A stretch of DNA of 45,420 nucleotides from positions 1 to 45,420 of the forward strand of contig JBJSWO010000091.1 of NCBI GenBank assembly GCA_046085905.1. Direction: 5' to 3'. The notes beneath the pieces were generated by a model, which was given only the letters and a program-made list of their open reading frames with translations, was not told the origin of the DNA and did not search any database. This document shows, piece after piece, positions 36,146 to 44,995 of this stretch (position 1 is the stretch's first letter; each line of letters begins with the position of its first letter). The position numbers were made by a program, and so were the translations under genes. This stretch comes from Actinomycetes bacterium (GTDB lineage Bacteria > Actinomycetota > Actinomycetes > S36-B12).

Positions 36146-36220
36146 TGGAGCCGCCTCGGGGATTTGAACCCCGGACCTACGCATTACGAGTGCGTTGCTC
36201 TACCCCTGAGCTAAGGCGGC
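36146..36220 (-). tRNA. tRNA-Thr (anticodon CGU), CCA encoded
   Basis: I folded it by hand as GCCGCCT/TA/GCTC-AGGGGTA-GAGC/A/ACGCA-CTCGTAA-TGCGT/AGGTC/CGGGG-TTCAAAT-CCCCG/AGGCGGC/T/CCA. All four stems are perfectly paired. Length 75 nt. Confidence 0.9.
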
Positions 36221-36291
36221 CTGCACTTGGAGGGGCCATACGGCAGCCCTCCAAGGGCTAGGGAATGCTACCCCAGTTGCCCGGGGCTCAA

Positions 36292-37770
36292 TTAACCGAC
36301 GTGAGCCATGGGCGAATCGTTGGCAGCCATGTCCTTCTTGGTCATGTTGACCAGGGCGATCCAGAGGATTCCGGCAAAGGCCAGGATGGCCGCTCCCCAC
36401 AGGAAGCCGCGGTTGAAGCCGGCGACGAGCGCATCGGGGGTCGGTGCCTGCAGGTTGTTGCTAACGATGTACGCAGTGGTAGCCGAGGCGGCGATGGTGT
36501 TCAGGAACGCGACACCGATGGCGCCGCCGATCTGCTGGCTCGTGTTGAGCACGGCCGAGGCAACGCCCGCGTCGTGGTTGCCGACGGCGAAGAGCGATAC
36601 CGCCGAGAGCGGCACGAAGACGAGGCCCATGCCGAGGCTGATGATGATCAGCGAGGGCAGGATGTCAGCGACGTAACCGCTGGTGGCGTTCATGCGGAGC
36701 AGGAGCAGCATGCCGATCACTGTCATGATGAAACCGGTGCCCGTCACCCAGCGCGGACCGAATCGCGGCAGGAGCTGGCTGGCGATGCCGGCGCTGACGA
36801 TGACTCCTGCGGAGAACGGCAGGAAGAGCAGGCCGGACTTCAGCGGGCTGTAGCCAAGGACGCCCTGGAAGAAGTACGTCAGGAACAGGAACATCGCGAA
36901 CAGACCGATTCCGACGAAGAACGAGGCGAGATAGGCGCCGCCACGGTTGCGATTCTTCAGGATCTTCATGGGCAGCAACGGATGCGAGGTCTTCGACTCG
37001 ATGAGGAGGAAGATCACGAGGAGTGCCAGCCCGGCTCCCATGAACAGGAGCGTCTGAGTGCCGTTCCAGCCTTCGGACTCTGCCTTGGTGATGCCGTAGA
37101 CCAGGGAGACGAGGCCCAGGGTTGCGGTGATCGCGCCGGGAATGTCGTACTTGGTGTCGCCGGTCGCACGTGACTCACGGACGAAGGGAATGGCGAGGAA
37201 CACGGCGATGATGGCGATCGGCACGTTGACCAGGAGGGTCCAGTGCCAGTTGGCGTACTCGGTCAGGATGCCACCGAGCACGAGACCGATAGCGGCGCCG
37301 CCGCCGGAGAGTGCGCCGTAGACACCGAAGGCCTTGGCGCGCTCCTTGGAGTCAGTGAAGGTCACCGAGATCAGGCTCAGTGCGGCGGGAGCGAGGATCG
37401 CGGCGAACAGGCCCTGGAGTGCGCGAGCCGCGAACAGGGTGCCGGAGGACTGGGCAAGGCCACCGAGGAATGAGGCGAAAGCGAAGCCGATCAGGCCGAT
37501 GATGAACATCTTCTTGCGACCCGCATAGTCGGCGATACGACCGCCAAGGAGAAGTAGACCGCCGAAGGCGAGGGTGTAGGCGGTGATGACCCACTGGCGA
37601 TCGGCATCGGAGATACCGAGGTCGACCTGCATCGAGGGCAGGGCAATGTTCACGATTGAGGCATCGAGCACGACCATCAGCTGGGCGATGGCGATGACGA
37701 CGAGCGCCCCCCAGCGCTTCGGGTCGGGGATGACTGCCGCGGCAGTCGAGGGCGCGGTGGCGTCAGACAC
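36292..37770 (-). CDS. MFS transporter, DHA2 (EmrB/QacA, 14-TMS) type
   Basis: 492 aa. ..ALVVIAIAQLMVVLDASIVNIALPSM.. is typical of DHA2. GTG start with GGAG upstream. Confidence 0.9.
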   Translation of the reverse strand: MSDATAPSTAAAVIPDPKRWGALVVIAIAQLMVVLDASIVNIALPSMQVDLGISDADRQWVITAYTLAFGGLLLLGGRIADYAGRKKMFIIGLIGFAFASFLGGLAQSSGTLFAARALQGLFAAILAPAALSLISVTFTDSKERAKAFGVYGALSGGGAAIGLVLGGILTEYANWHWTLLVNVPIAIIAVFLAIPFVRESRATGDTKYDIPGAITATLGLVSLVYGITKAESEGWNGTQTLLFMGAGLALLVIFLLIESKTSHPLLPMKILKNRNRGGAYLASFFVGIGLFAMFLFLTYFFQGVLGYSPLKSGLLFLPFSAGVIVSAGIASQLLPRFGPRWVTGTGFIMTVIGMLLLLRMNATSGYVADILPSLIIISLGMGLVFVPLSAVSLFAVGNHDAGVASAVLNTSQQIGGAIGVAFLNTIAASATTAYIVSNNLQAPTPDALVAGFNRGFLWGAAILAFAGILWIALVNMTKKDMAANDSPMAHVG

Positions 37771-37808
37771 AGGGGCTCCAGATGTGAACGATGTTTAGTT
37801 AGGGAACC

Positions 37809-39320
37809 CTAGCACCTTTGTTGAACCGGCAACTTTCCCGTGAGGAGGTAGCCATCCACCTGCTCGTCGACGCACGACGAACCGCGGCTGTAGGCAGTGT
37901 GCTGATGAGCGTCCCAGGTGAGCAGACCCGCATCCGAGAGCTCCCCTGCCACCTGCTCGGCCCAGGCGTAGGGCGTGGCCGGATCATTCGTGGTGCCCAC
38001 CACCAGGATCGGAGCGGAGCCCGGGGCGGTCACCTCTGTCACGGGTGCGGCGACTCCCGCGGCCACCGGCCAGCCACCACAGCCCAGGAGTCCCCAGGCC
38101 AGGGAGGGCCCGAAAGTCGGTGCCTGGGTCGACCACTCCTGGGCCAGCTGTGCCGAATCGGCTGCACTGCCGTCGAATGGACGGTCGATGCACGTCACCG
38201 CGTAGAAGGCTTCGAGGGCGTTGCTCGTGTAGTGCCCTTGAGCATCGCGACTGGAGCGCTGATCCCACAGCCCGAGCAGGTCGTCCGGCTGAGCATTGGT
38301 CACGGCCGTCGAGAGCGCCGGAATCAGTGCCTCGTAATCACCCGGCGGGAAGTAGAGGTAGGAGACAACGGCCGATTGCGCGAGCGCCTGGGTCAGCTCT
38401 CGCCCGTCCGCGCCGAGCAGTGGCTTCGTGTCGAGACCCTCGAACCATGCACGCAGAGAGGCGACGATCTCTTCGGCGCTCCCCTGCCACGGGCACGCCT
38501 CAGACTCACTGCACGCCTCAGCGAAGTTTTCCAACTCCTGCTCGAGAGCGATGGCTTGCATGCGCGTCGTCTCGATCAGGTCAGTGCCTGCCGGCAGCAC
38601 TCCGTCCAGAACCATGCGGCCCACGTTCGCGGGAAACAGCTCGGCGTACACCGCACCGAGATAGGTGCCATAGGACTTCCCGAGGAAGTTGAAGGCAGGA
38701 TCGCCGACAACCGCTCGAACGATGTCGAGATCTCGCGCGGCATCGACCGTTCCCATGCGTCCGTACAGCGGCGACTCCGACGCGGCACAGCCCTCGCGAA
38801 GTGTCGTGCTCACTGCCTGGAGGCTAGCCATTTCCTGCGGAGTATCCGGGGTCGAGTCAGCCGCGACGAGCGTGTCCTTCTGCTCATCAGTCAGGCACTC
38901 CAGGGGCGAGCTGTGGGAGACACCACGGGGATCGACGCCGATGAGATCGAAGTGCTGCAGCACGTCAGCACTGACTACGCCCTCGCCCGCCTTCGCGTAC
39001 TCGAATGCACTTCCGCCGGGGCCCCCGGGATTGACGAACAGCGAGCCAAGGTCGGCATCACCTGAACTCACCCGTGAGACATTCAGGTCGATGGTGGTTC
39101 CCGCCGGATCTGCGTAATCGAGCGGGACTTTCACGAGCATGCAGTCGGCATTGCCGCAGTTTCTCCAGGTCGCCGGCTGCGCGTAGAAGGTCTCGAGACC
39201 CGGCGGGGCGCTCGGCATCACCGCGGGCAGTACTGGCGCGACCACGGTTGAGTTCGAGCAGCCGGCTAGCACCAGTGATGACAGGAACAATGCCCCGGCA
39301 CCCGCCAGCTTTCGCATCAC
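37809..39320 (-). CDS. Lipoprotein alpha/beta hydrolase (S33, tripeptidyl-aminopeptidase-like)
   Basis: Lipobox LVLAGCS, NPGGPGGSA, nucleophile GKSYG, DPATP and QHTAY. The start (GTG 39320 or ATG 39317) overlaps the oxyR stop. Confidence 0.85.
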   Translation of the reverse strand: MMRKLAGAGALFLSSLVLAGCSNSTVVAPVLPAVMPSAPPGLETFYAQPATWRNCGNADCMLVKVPLDYADPAGTTIDLNVSRVSSGDADLGSLFVNPGGPGGSAFEYAKAGEGVVSADVLQHFDLIGVDPRGVSHSSPLECLTDEQKDTLVAADSTPDTPQEMASLQAVSTTLREGCAASESPLYGRMGTVDAARDLDIVRAVVGDPAFNFLGKSYGTYLGAVYAELFPANVGRMVLDGVLPAGTDLIETTRMQAIALEQELENFAEACSESEACPWQGSAEEIVASLRAWFEGLDTKPLLGADGRELTQALAQSAVVSYLYFPPGDYEALIPALSTAVTNAQPDDLLGLWDQRSSRDAQGHYTSNALEAFYAVTCIDRPFDGSAADSAQLAQEWSTQAPTFGPSLAWGLLGCGGWPVAAGVAAPVTEVTAPGSAPILVVGTTNDPATPYAWAEQVAGELSDAGLLTWDAHQHTAYSRGSSCVDEQVDGYLLTGKLPVQQRC

Positions 39321-40255
39321 AGCCCGCCCACCGTGCGAGCCGGAAGCTTCGCCTTGTCGACCGCGCGACGCAGGATCTCCGCGAGATCCTGGTACTCCAC
39401 GAGTCGCGAGCTGGTGTTGCGAAATATGAGACCGACTCGTCGACCCGGGGCGGGCGAGGTGAACCTGGCAATGCCCAGTGCCGCGCCGCGGGCCTCCACG
39501 CGCACGGCTGTCTCGGGCAGCAAGGTCGCGCCGTGACCGGCGGAGACCAGCTGCACGATCGTGCCCAGCGATGACGCCCGAGCTGGATCAGAGCCGGCAT
39601 CGGCGAGACCTGCTTGCACGCACACGTCTAGAGCCTGATCGCGCAGGCAGTGACCCTCATCGAGCAGCAGCAGACGCATGTTGGTCAGGCGCGCAAGGTC
39701 AACGCCCTCAGCATCAGCCAGCGGATCATCGGCCGCCACGGCGAGCACGAAATCCTCGTCGTAGACCGGAATCTCGACGAGATTCGGCTCGCCCGTGGGC
39801 AGCGCGAGCAGGGCGACATCGATATCACCATGACGCAGCGCCTCGATGAGTCGTGCTGTCTGATCCTCGTGCACCTCGGGCTGCAGATCGGGCGCCTCCC
39901 TGCGCAATGTGCGCAGCACGGCCGGCAACAGGTACGGGGCGATGGTCGGGATGATGCCGATACGCAATCGACCGCTGAGCCAGCGCGCCGGAATCGCCGC
40001 CTCAGCCACGGCATCGACAGCCTCGACAGCTCGACGTGCCAACGGCAGCAGGCTCTCGCCGGCGGGGGTCAGCAGCACCTGCCGCGCATTTCTCTCCACG
40101 AGCTGCACCTGGAGATTGGTCTCCAGGGATGCCAGCGCCTGGCTCAGGGTCGGCTGCGAGACTCCCACGATCACCGCGGCCTCGCCGAAGTGCAGTGTCT
40201 GGGCAATCGCGACGAAGGCACGCAACTGCGCGACTGTCGGCGAAGGAGTGCTCAT
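39317..40255 (-). CDS. oxyR: LysR-family peroxide sensor OxyR
   Basis: By eye it aligns along its whole length with E. coli OxyR, including both redox Cys contexts (LLLLDEGHCLRDQAL and DVCVQAG) and the HTH VSQPTLSQAL. Confidence 0.85.
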   Translation of the reverse strand: MSTPSPTVAQLRAFVAIAQTLHFGEAAVIVGVSQPTLSQALASLETNLQVQLVERNARQVLLTPAGESLLPLARRAVEAVDAVAEAAIPARWLSGRLRIGIIPTIAPYLLPAVLRTLRREAPDLQPEVHEDQTARLIEALRHGDIDVALLALPTGEPNLVEIPVYDEDFVLAVAADDPLADAEGVDLARLTNMRLLLLDEGHCLRDQALDVCVQAGLADAGSDPARASSLGTIVQLVSAGHGATLLPETAVRVEARGAALGIARFTSPAPGRRVGLIFRNTSSRLVEYQDLAEILRRAVDKAKLPARTVGGL

Positions 40256-40268
40256 AGAAAAAGACTAT
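40254..40268. promoter_or_regulatory. ATAG-N7-CTAT half-site (OxyR-type) overlapping the oxyR start codon
   Basis: ATAGaaaaagaCTAT is an exact match to one half of the E. coli OxyR consensus, in an unusually AT-rich 40-nt holB-oxyR spacer. Confidence 0.25.
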
Positions 40269-40296
40269 GACACGAGGTTTTGCGATCGGCGACGCA

Positions 40297-41490
40297 TCAG
40301 GCCGAGGCGGTGCGAATCCACGGATCCTTCAATTCGACCATCAGGGACTCCAGTGCCGAGAGTGGTGCGACGTTAGCTCGAATCTGCGCACGAGTGTGCT
40401 CGATGGCGTCGAGGCGGCGACCGGTGTCGTTAGGCGTGCTCGAGGCAGCCAGCTGGCTCAGCTGCGGACGCATCTCGTCGTTGATCAAGGTGACGGGGGA
40501 ATCGAGCTGGATCATCAGCACATCGCGATAGAGGCCGAGGAGATCGACCAGGGCACGATCGAGCTGGTCGCGCACCGTGCGAGTCGCGCGCTTCTTCTGG
40601 GAGTCGGTGAGCTCCTTCTGCGCTGACTTCATCAGCTTGTCCATCTTTACCTTGGTCACGCCCTCGGCACCGGCACCGTAAGTGGTCTCGAGTCGAGACT
40701 GCTCGGCAGCATCAAGCGGCTCGGTGATGGCCTTGGCATCCTCGGTTGCGGCCCCGAGCAGATTGCTCGCCGCAGCAAAGCAGCCGGGGATGTCATGCAG
40801 ACTGAGCGGAATGCGGAGAACTTCCTGGCGACGCATGCGGGCATGCTCATCTCTCGCGAGGGCACGCGCACGACCGATATGCCCCTGGGACGCGCGAGCC
40901 GCGAATGAAGCCATCGCCGTGTCGACGCCATATGCATCGACAAGCAACTGCGCGACGGAGGCTGTGCTGGGCGTCGCCAGGTTCACATGCCTGGTGCGCG
41001 ACACGATCGTGGGCAGGACATCCTCGACACTCGGCGCGCAGAGGATCCACACAGTGTGCGGCGGCGGCTCCTCGAGTGCCTTGAGCAGCACGTTGACGGC
41101 GCGTTCGGTCAGGCGATCAGCGTCCTCGATCACGATCACATGCCACGGCGCGTTCACGGGAGACATAGATGATGACCGCACGAGCTCGCGCGCATCATCA
41201 ACGCCATACGTGAGCTCGGAGGTGCTCACGACATCGACATCGGCATGACCGTTGAGCGGAGCGGTGCGACATGCCTGGCAGGTGCCGCAGCCTCCCTCGG
41301 CGCAGACAAGCGCGGCTGCGAAGCAGGTGGCAGCTGTCGATCGACCGGATCCCGGCGGGCCCGTGAACAGCCACGCATGGGTCATGGCCGGACCGTTCTC
41401 TCCGCGAAGGACGAGCTGAGCATCCGCGGCGGCATGGCTGAGCTGCTCCACCACGGCATCCTGGCCGACGAGCGACGACCAGATGGTCAC
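40297..41490 (-). CDS. holB: DNA polymerase III subunit delta-prime
   Basis: VGQDAVVEQL..HAWLFTGPPGSGRSTAA.., Cys cluster CGTCQAC, and the position directly after tmk. Confidence 0.9.
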   Translation of the reverse strand: MTIWSSLVGQDAVVEQLSHAAADAQLVLRGENGPAMTHAWLFTGPPGSGRSTAATCFAAALVCAEGGCGTCQACRTAPLNGHADVDVVSTSELTYGVDDARELVRSSSMSPVNAPWHVIVIEDADRLTERAVNVLLKALEEPPPHTVWILCAPSVEDVLPTIVSRTRHVNLATPSTASVAQLLVDAYGVDTAMASFAARASQGHIGRARALARDEHARMRRQEVLRIPLSLHDIPGCFAAASNLLGAATEDAKAITEPLDAAEQSRLETTYGAGAEGVTKVKMDKLMKSAQKELTDSQKKRATRTVRDQLDRALVDLLGLYRDVLMIQLDSPVTLINDEMRPQLSQLAASSTPNDTGRRLDAIEHTRAQIRANVAPLSALESLMVELKDPWIRTASA

Positions 41491-42107
41491 GAGAGTCTCC
41501 CGAGCTCGGCATCGACTCGCGTGCGGATCTCGGCAGCGATCTCGTCAATCGTCTGACGCGCATCGACCACCACGTACCGAGCGGGGTCGAGCGCTGCGAG
41601 AGTCAGGAAACCCTGTCGCACGTGGCGATGGAACTCGATCGGCTCGGCCTCCATGCGATCAGGATTCGCGACACGAGAGAGCCCGAGGGCCGGGTCGACA
41701 TCAAGCACGATGGTGAGGTCGGGAATGCAGTCCTGCGTGGCCCAGATACTGAGATCGCGAATCTTCTCGATACCGAGCTCGCGCCCGACACCTTGATACG
41801 AGACCGAGGAGTCGATGTATCGATCGCAGATCACGACATCACCGCGCTCGAGGGCGGGGCGAATGACGCGTGCGACATGCTCGCCTCGAGCGGCGGCGAA
41901 GAGCAGAGCCTCGGCACGCGAGTCCAGACCGGTGAACTCGGGGTTCAGCACGACGGAGCGAATGGCCTCGCTTGCCGGCGTGCCCCCCGGCTCGCGAGTG
42001 CGCACGATCGAATGACCGTGAGCGGCCAGGTGAGCGGCGAGCAGCCCCTCCTGGGTGGACTTGCCCGCGCCCTCTCCGCCCTCGAAGGCGATGAAGTATC
42101 CGCTCAT
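41487..42107 (-). CDS. tmk: dTMP (thymidylate) kinase
   Basis: FIAFEGGEGAGKSTQ P-loop and DRY motif. 206 aa. 4-nt overlap with holB. Confidence 0.95.
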   Translation of the reverse strand: MSGYFIAFEGGEGAGKSTQEGLLAAHLAAHGHSIVRTREPGGTPASEAIRSVVLNPEFTGLDSRAEALLFAAARGEHVARVIRPALERGDVVICDRYIDSSVSYQGVGRELGIEKIRDLSIWATQDCIPDLTIVLDVDPALGLSRVANPDRMEAEPIEFHRHVRQGFLTLAALDPARYVVVDARQTIDEIAAEIRTRVDAELGRLS

Positions 42108-42111
42108 GGCT

Positions 42112-44820
42112 CTACTGTGCCGAAGCCGCGGACTTCTTGGCGGCCTTCTTCGCAGCGGTCTTCTTCGTCGCCTTCACGACACGTGCCGTGGTCTTGGCCG
42201 GTGCCTTCTTGGCCACCTTCTTCACGGCTTTCTTCGCAGTCTTCTTCGTCGGCTTGCCCTCGAGAGCCTCCTTGGCGCGGCGCTCAGAGAGAAGATCGCT
42301 GGCACGCTCGACGCTGACGGTCATGGGATCGTCGGCAACTCGCAGTGACGCATTGGTCTCGCCGTCGGTGACATACGGGCCGAAGCGGCCTTCCTTCACC
42401 ACGATCGGCTTGCCACTTGTCGGGTCGTTTCCGACCTCGCGCAGAGGTGCCTTGGCCGCACCGCGACCGCGCACCTTGGGCTGAGCGAAGAGCTCGAGCG
42501 CCTTCGCGAGGTCGACGGTGAAGATCTCGTCCTCGCTCGAGAGCGAGCGCGAGTCGGTGCCCTTCATCAGGTACGGGCCGTAGCGACCGTTCTGCGAAGT
42601 GATCTCGACGCCGTCAGCTGGGTCGGTGCCGACCACGCGAGGCAGGCTCAGCAGGCGCAGCGCGTCGTCGAGGGTGATCTCGCCGAGGTTCATGTCGCTG
42701 AACAGCGATGCGGTGCGCGGCTTGGCCGACTTCGGCGATCCCTCGGGCAGCACCTCGGTGACATAAGGCCCGTAGCGGCCCGACTTCGACATGATCTCGA
42801 GACCCGTATCGGGATCGATGCCCAGCAGGCGATCGCCGGACGGCATGGCAAGAAGCTCCTCGGCGAGCTGTGCTGTGAGCTCATCGGGCGCGGTGCCGAC
42901 GGGAATGTTCGCCCGCTCCTCGCCGCGCTCGACGTAAGCGCCGTAACGACCGACGCGCAGGTAGGCATCAGTGCCATCGATCGGCGTGATGGCGATCTCG
43001 CGCGCATCGATGGCGCCGAGATCCTCAGTCAGGGCCTTGATGCCGGGGAACTGGCCATTGACGCTCTCGCCACCGCGCCAGAAGGCCTCGAGCTGCTTGA
43101 CGCGATCGGTCTCGCCCGCGGCGATGAGGTCGAGAACCTCTTCCATGTTGGCGGTGAACTGATAGTCGATGAGCGAGGTGAAGTGCTCCTCGAGAAGACG
43201 GATCACCGAGAAGGCCGTGAAGCTGGGAACGAGGGCGGAGCCCTTCTTCCAGACGTATCCGCGATCAACGATCGTCGACATGATCGAGGCGTAGGTAGAC
43301 GGGCGACCGATGCCGAGCTCCTCGAGCCGAGCCACGAGCGAGGCCTCGGTGAACCGTGCCGGCGGGGTCGTGTTGTGGCTTGCCGGGTTCAGCGAATTCG
43401 CGTGCACGATCTGGCCCTCGGTCATGTTCGGCAGCTCACGCTCGCGCTCGTCATCATCGAGGCTCTCCTCGGTGATGTCCTTGAGTGCAGCCAGGAAGCC
43501 GGGGAACACGATGACGGTGCCGGAGGCACTGAACTCGGCGTCCTTGCCGTTGGTGGCAAGTGCGCCGATCTTCACCGTGGTGGTGGCGATCTTCGCGTCG
43601 ACCATCTGCGAGGCGACGGTGCGCTTCCAGATCAGCTCGTATAGCGCGAACTCATCGCCGTGGAGTTCCTTCGATACCTCACCAGGGGTTCGGAAGACGT
43701 CGCCGGAAGGACGGATGGCCTCGTGCGCCTCCTGGGCGTTCGTGACCTTGCGGTCGTAGCGACGCGGTACCTCGGAGACGTACTCGGGGCCGTAGAGCTC
43801 ACGGGCCTGGTTGCGTGCCGCGTTGAGTGCCTGATCCGACAGCGTGGTGGAGTCGGTACGCATGTAGGTGATGTAGCCGTTCTCGTACAGCGACTGCGCC
43901 ACGCGCATGGTGCGCTGCGAGCCCCAGCGCAGGCGCTTGGAAGCCTCCTGCTGGAGGGTCGAGGTCATGAAAGGCGCCGACGGGCGGCGAGTGCCCGGCT
44001 TCTGCACGACCGAGCGCACGGTGAAGTCGGAGCCGATGAGGTGATTGGCGAGCTCATTCGCGGCGAGCTCGTTGAGAAGCACCACGTTGGCGCCCTTGAG
44101 AGAGCCCTGCTCATCGAAGTCCTTGCCGGTGGCGACGCGAACGCCGTCGACCGAGCTGAGCTTCGCGTCGAAGTTGCCGGGTGCGAACTCGGCGAGGATG
44201 TCCCAGTAGTTGCCGCTGCGGAAGGCGATGCGCTCGCGTTCGCGGTCGACGACGAGTCGCACGGCCACTGATTGAACGCGGCCGGCCGAGCGCGCCTCAC
44301 GGCCGATCTTCTTCCAGAGCACCTCGGAGACGGGGTAGCCGTAGAGGCGATCGACGATGCGGCGGGTCTCCTGCGCATCGACGAGCTGCATGTCGAGATC
44401 ACGCGGATTGCTGACAGCCGCACGAATGGCCTCGGGGGTGATCTCGTTGAAGACCATGCGCTGGACGGGAACCTTCGGGCGCAGGACCTCCATGAGATGC
44501 CAGCTGATGGCCTCGCCCTCGCGGTCCTCATCGGTAGCGAGCAGGAGTTCGTCGGCGTCCTTGAGAGCGTTCTTGAGCTCGGTGATGGTGGCCTTCTTGG
44601 AGTCGTGCACCACGTAGACCGGCTGGAACTCGTCATCGACGTTCACGGCGAGCTTCGACCACGGCTTCTTGCGGTCGGCCTCGGGCAGCTGGGAGGCCTT
44701 GGCCGCGAGGTCGCGGATATGGCCGACCGAGGCCAGGACCGTGTAATCGGGGCCGAGGTAGCCCGCGATCTTCTTGGCCTTGGCCGGTGACTCGACGATC
44801 ACCAGGGTCTTATGCGCCAC
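42112..44820 (-). CDS. topA: DNA topoisomerase I (actinobacterial type: Cys-less C-terminal repeats and Lys/Ala-rich tail)
   Basis: TOPRIM start KTLVIVESPAKAKKI and active-site region GYITYMRTDS. Four GR(Y/F)G(P/A)Y repeats without zinc-ribbon cysteines. Tail KKTAKKAVKKVAKKAPAKT... Confidence 0.97.
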   Translation of the reverse strand: MAHKTLVIVESPAKAKKIAGYLGPDYTVLASVGHIRDLAAKASQLPEADRKKPWSKLAVNVDDEFQPVYVVHDSKKATITELKNALKDADELLLATDEDREGEAISWHLMEVLRPKVPVQRMVFNEITPEAIRAAVSNPRDLDMQLVDAQETRRIVDRLYGYPVSEVLWKKIGREARSAGRVQSVAVRLVVDRERERIAFRSGNYWDILAEFAPGNFDAKLSSVDGVRVATGKDFDEQGSLKGANVVLLNELAANELANHLIGSDFTVRSVVQKPGTRRPSAPFMTSTLQQEASKRLRWGSQRTMRVAQSLYENGYITYMRTDSTTLSDQALNAARNQARELYGPEYVSEVPRRYDRKVTNAQEAHEAIRPSGDVFRTPGEVSKELHGDEFALYELIWKRTVASQMVDAKIATTTVKIGALATNGKDAEFSASGTVIVFPGFLAALKDITEESLDDDERERELPNMTEGQIVHANSLNPASHNTTPPARFTEASLVARLEELGIGRPSTYASIMSTIVDRGYVWKKGSALVPSFTAFSVIRLLEEHFTSLIDYQFTANMEEVLDLIAAGETDRVKQLEAFWRGGESVNGQFPGIKALTEDLGAIDAREIAITPIDGTDAYLRVGRYGAYVERGEERANIPVGTAPDELTAQLAEELLAMPSGDRLLGIDPDTGLEIMSKSGRYGPYVTEVLPEGSPKSAKPRTASLFSDMNLGEITLDDALRLLSLPRVVGTDPADGVEITSQNGRYGPYLMKGTDSRSLSSEDEIFTVDLAKALELFAQPKVRGRGAAKAPLREVGNDPTSGKPIVVKEGRFGPYVTDGETNASLRVADDPMTVSVERASDLLSERRAKEALEGKPTKKTAKKAVKKVAKKAPAKTTARVVKATKKTAAKKAAKKSAASAQ

Positions 44821-44944
44821 GAAAGCCTCTCCTTTATATGCACGCCGGGATTACTCGGCGGAGTCTGACGGTAGGTCAGCCCCCTCTGTCAAATTCGGGC
44901 GCCCCCGGAATTCGCCGATTTTCCCCTTCCCCTATGGGGAAAGT

Positions 44945-44984
44945 AGTTCGCCCCGTGTCCGATTATCGGATCACGGGGCGAACT
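44945..44984 (-). terminator. Compound stem-loop downstream of hppA and upstream of topA
   Basis: agttcgccccgtg (13 bp) pairs with cacggggcgaact. The inner tccga-tta-tcgga extends the helix. It begins 12 nt after the hppA stop. Confidence 0.55.
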
Positions 44985-44995
44985 GACGAGAGGAC

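Larger units (their letters stand above)
33853..36194. mobile_element. Islet B: integrase-less remnant bounded by DR2 and the intact tRNA-Thr (about 2.3 kb)
   Basis: It lies between DR2 and the tRNA 3' half and carries a single gene. Spot checks suggest lower GC (34501-34560 is 29/60 GC, compared with 37/60 for a core sample at 17041-17100). Confidence 0.6.
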
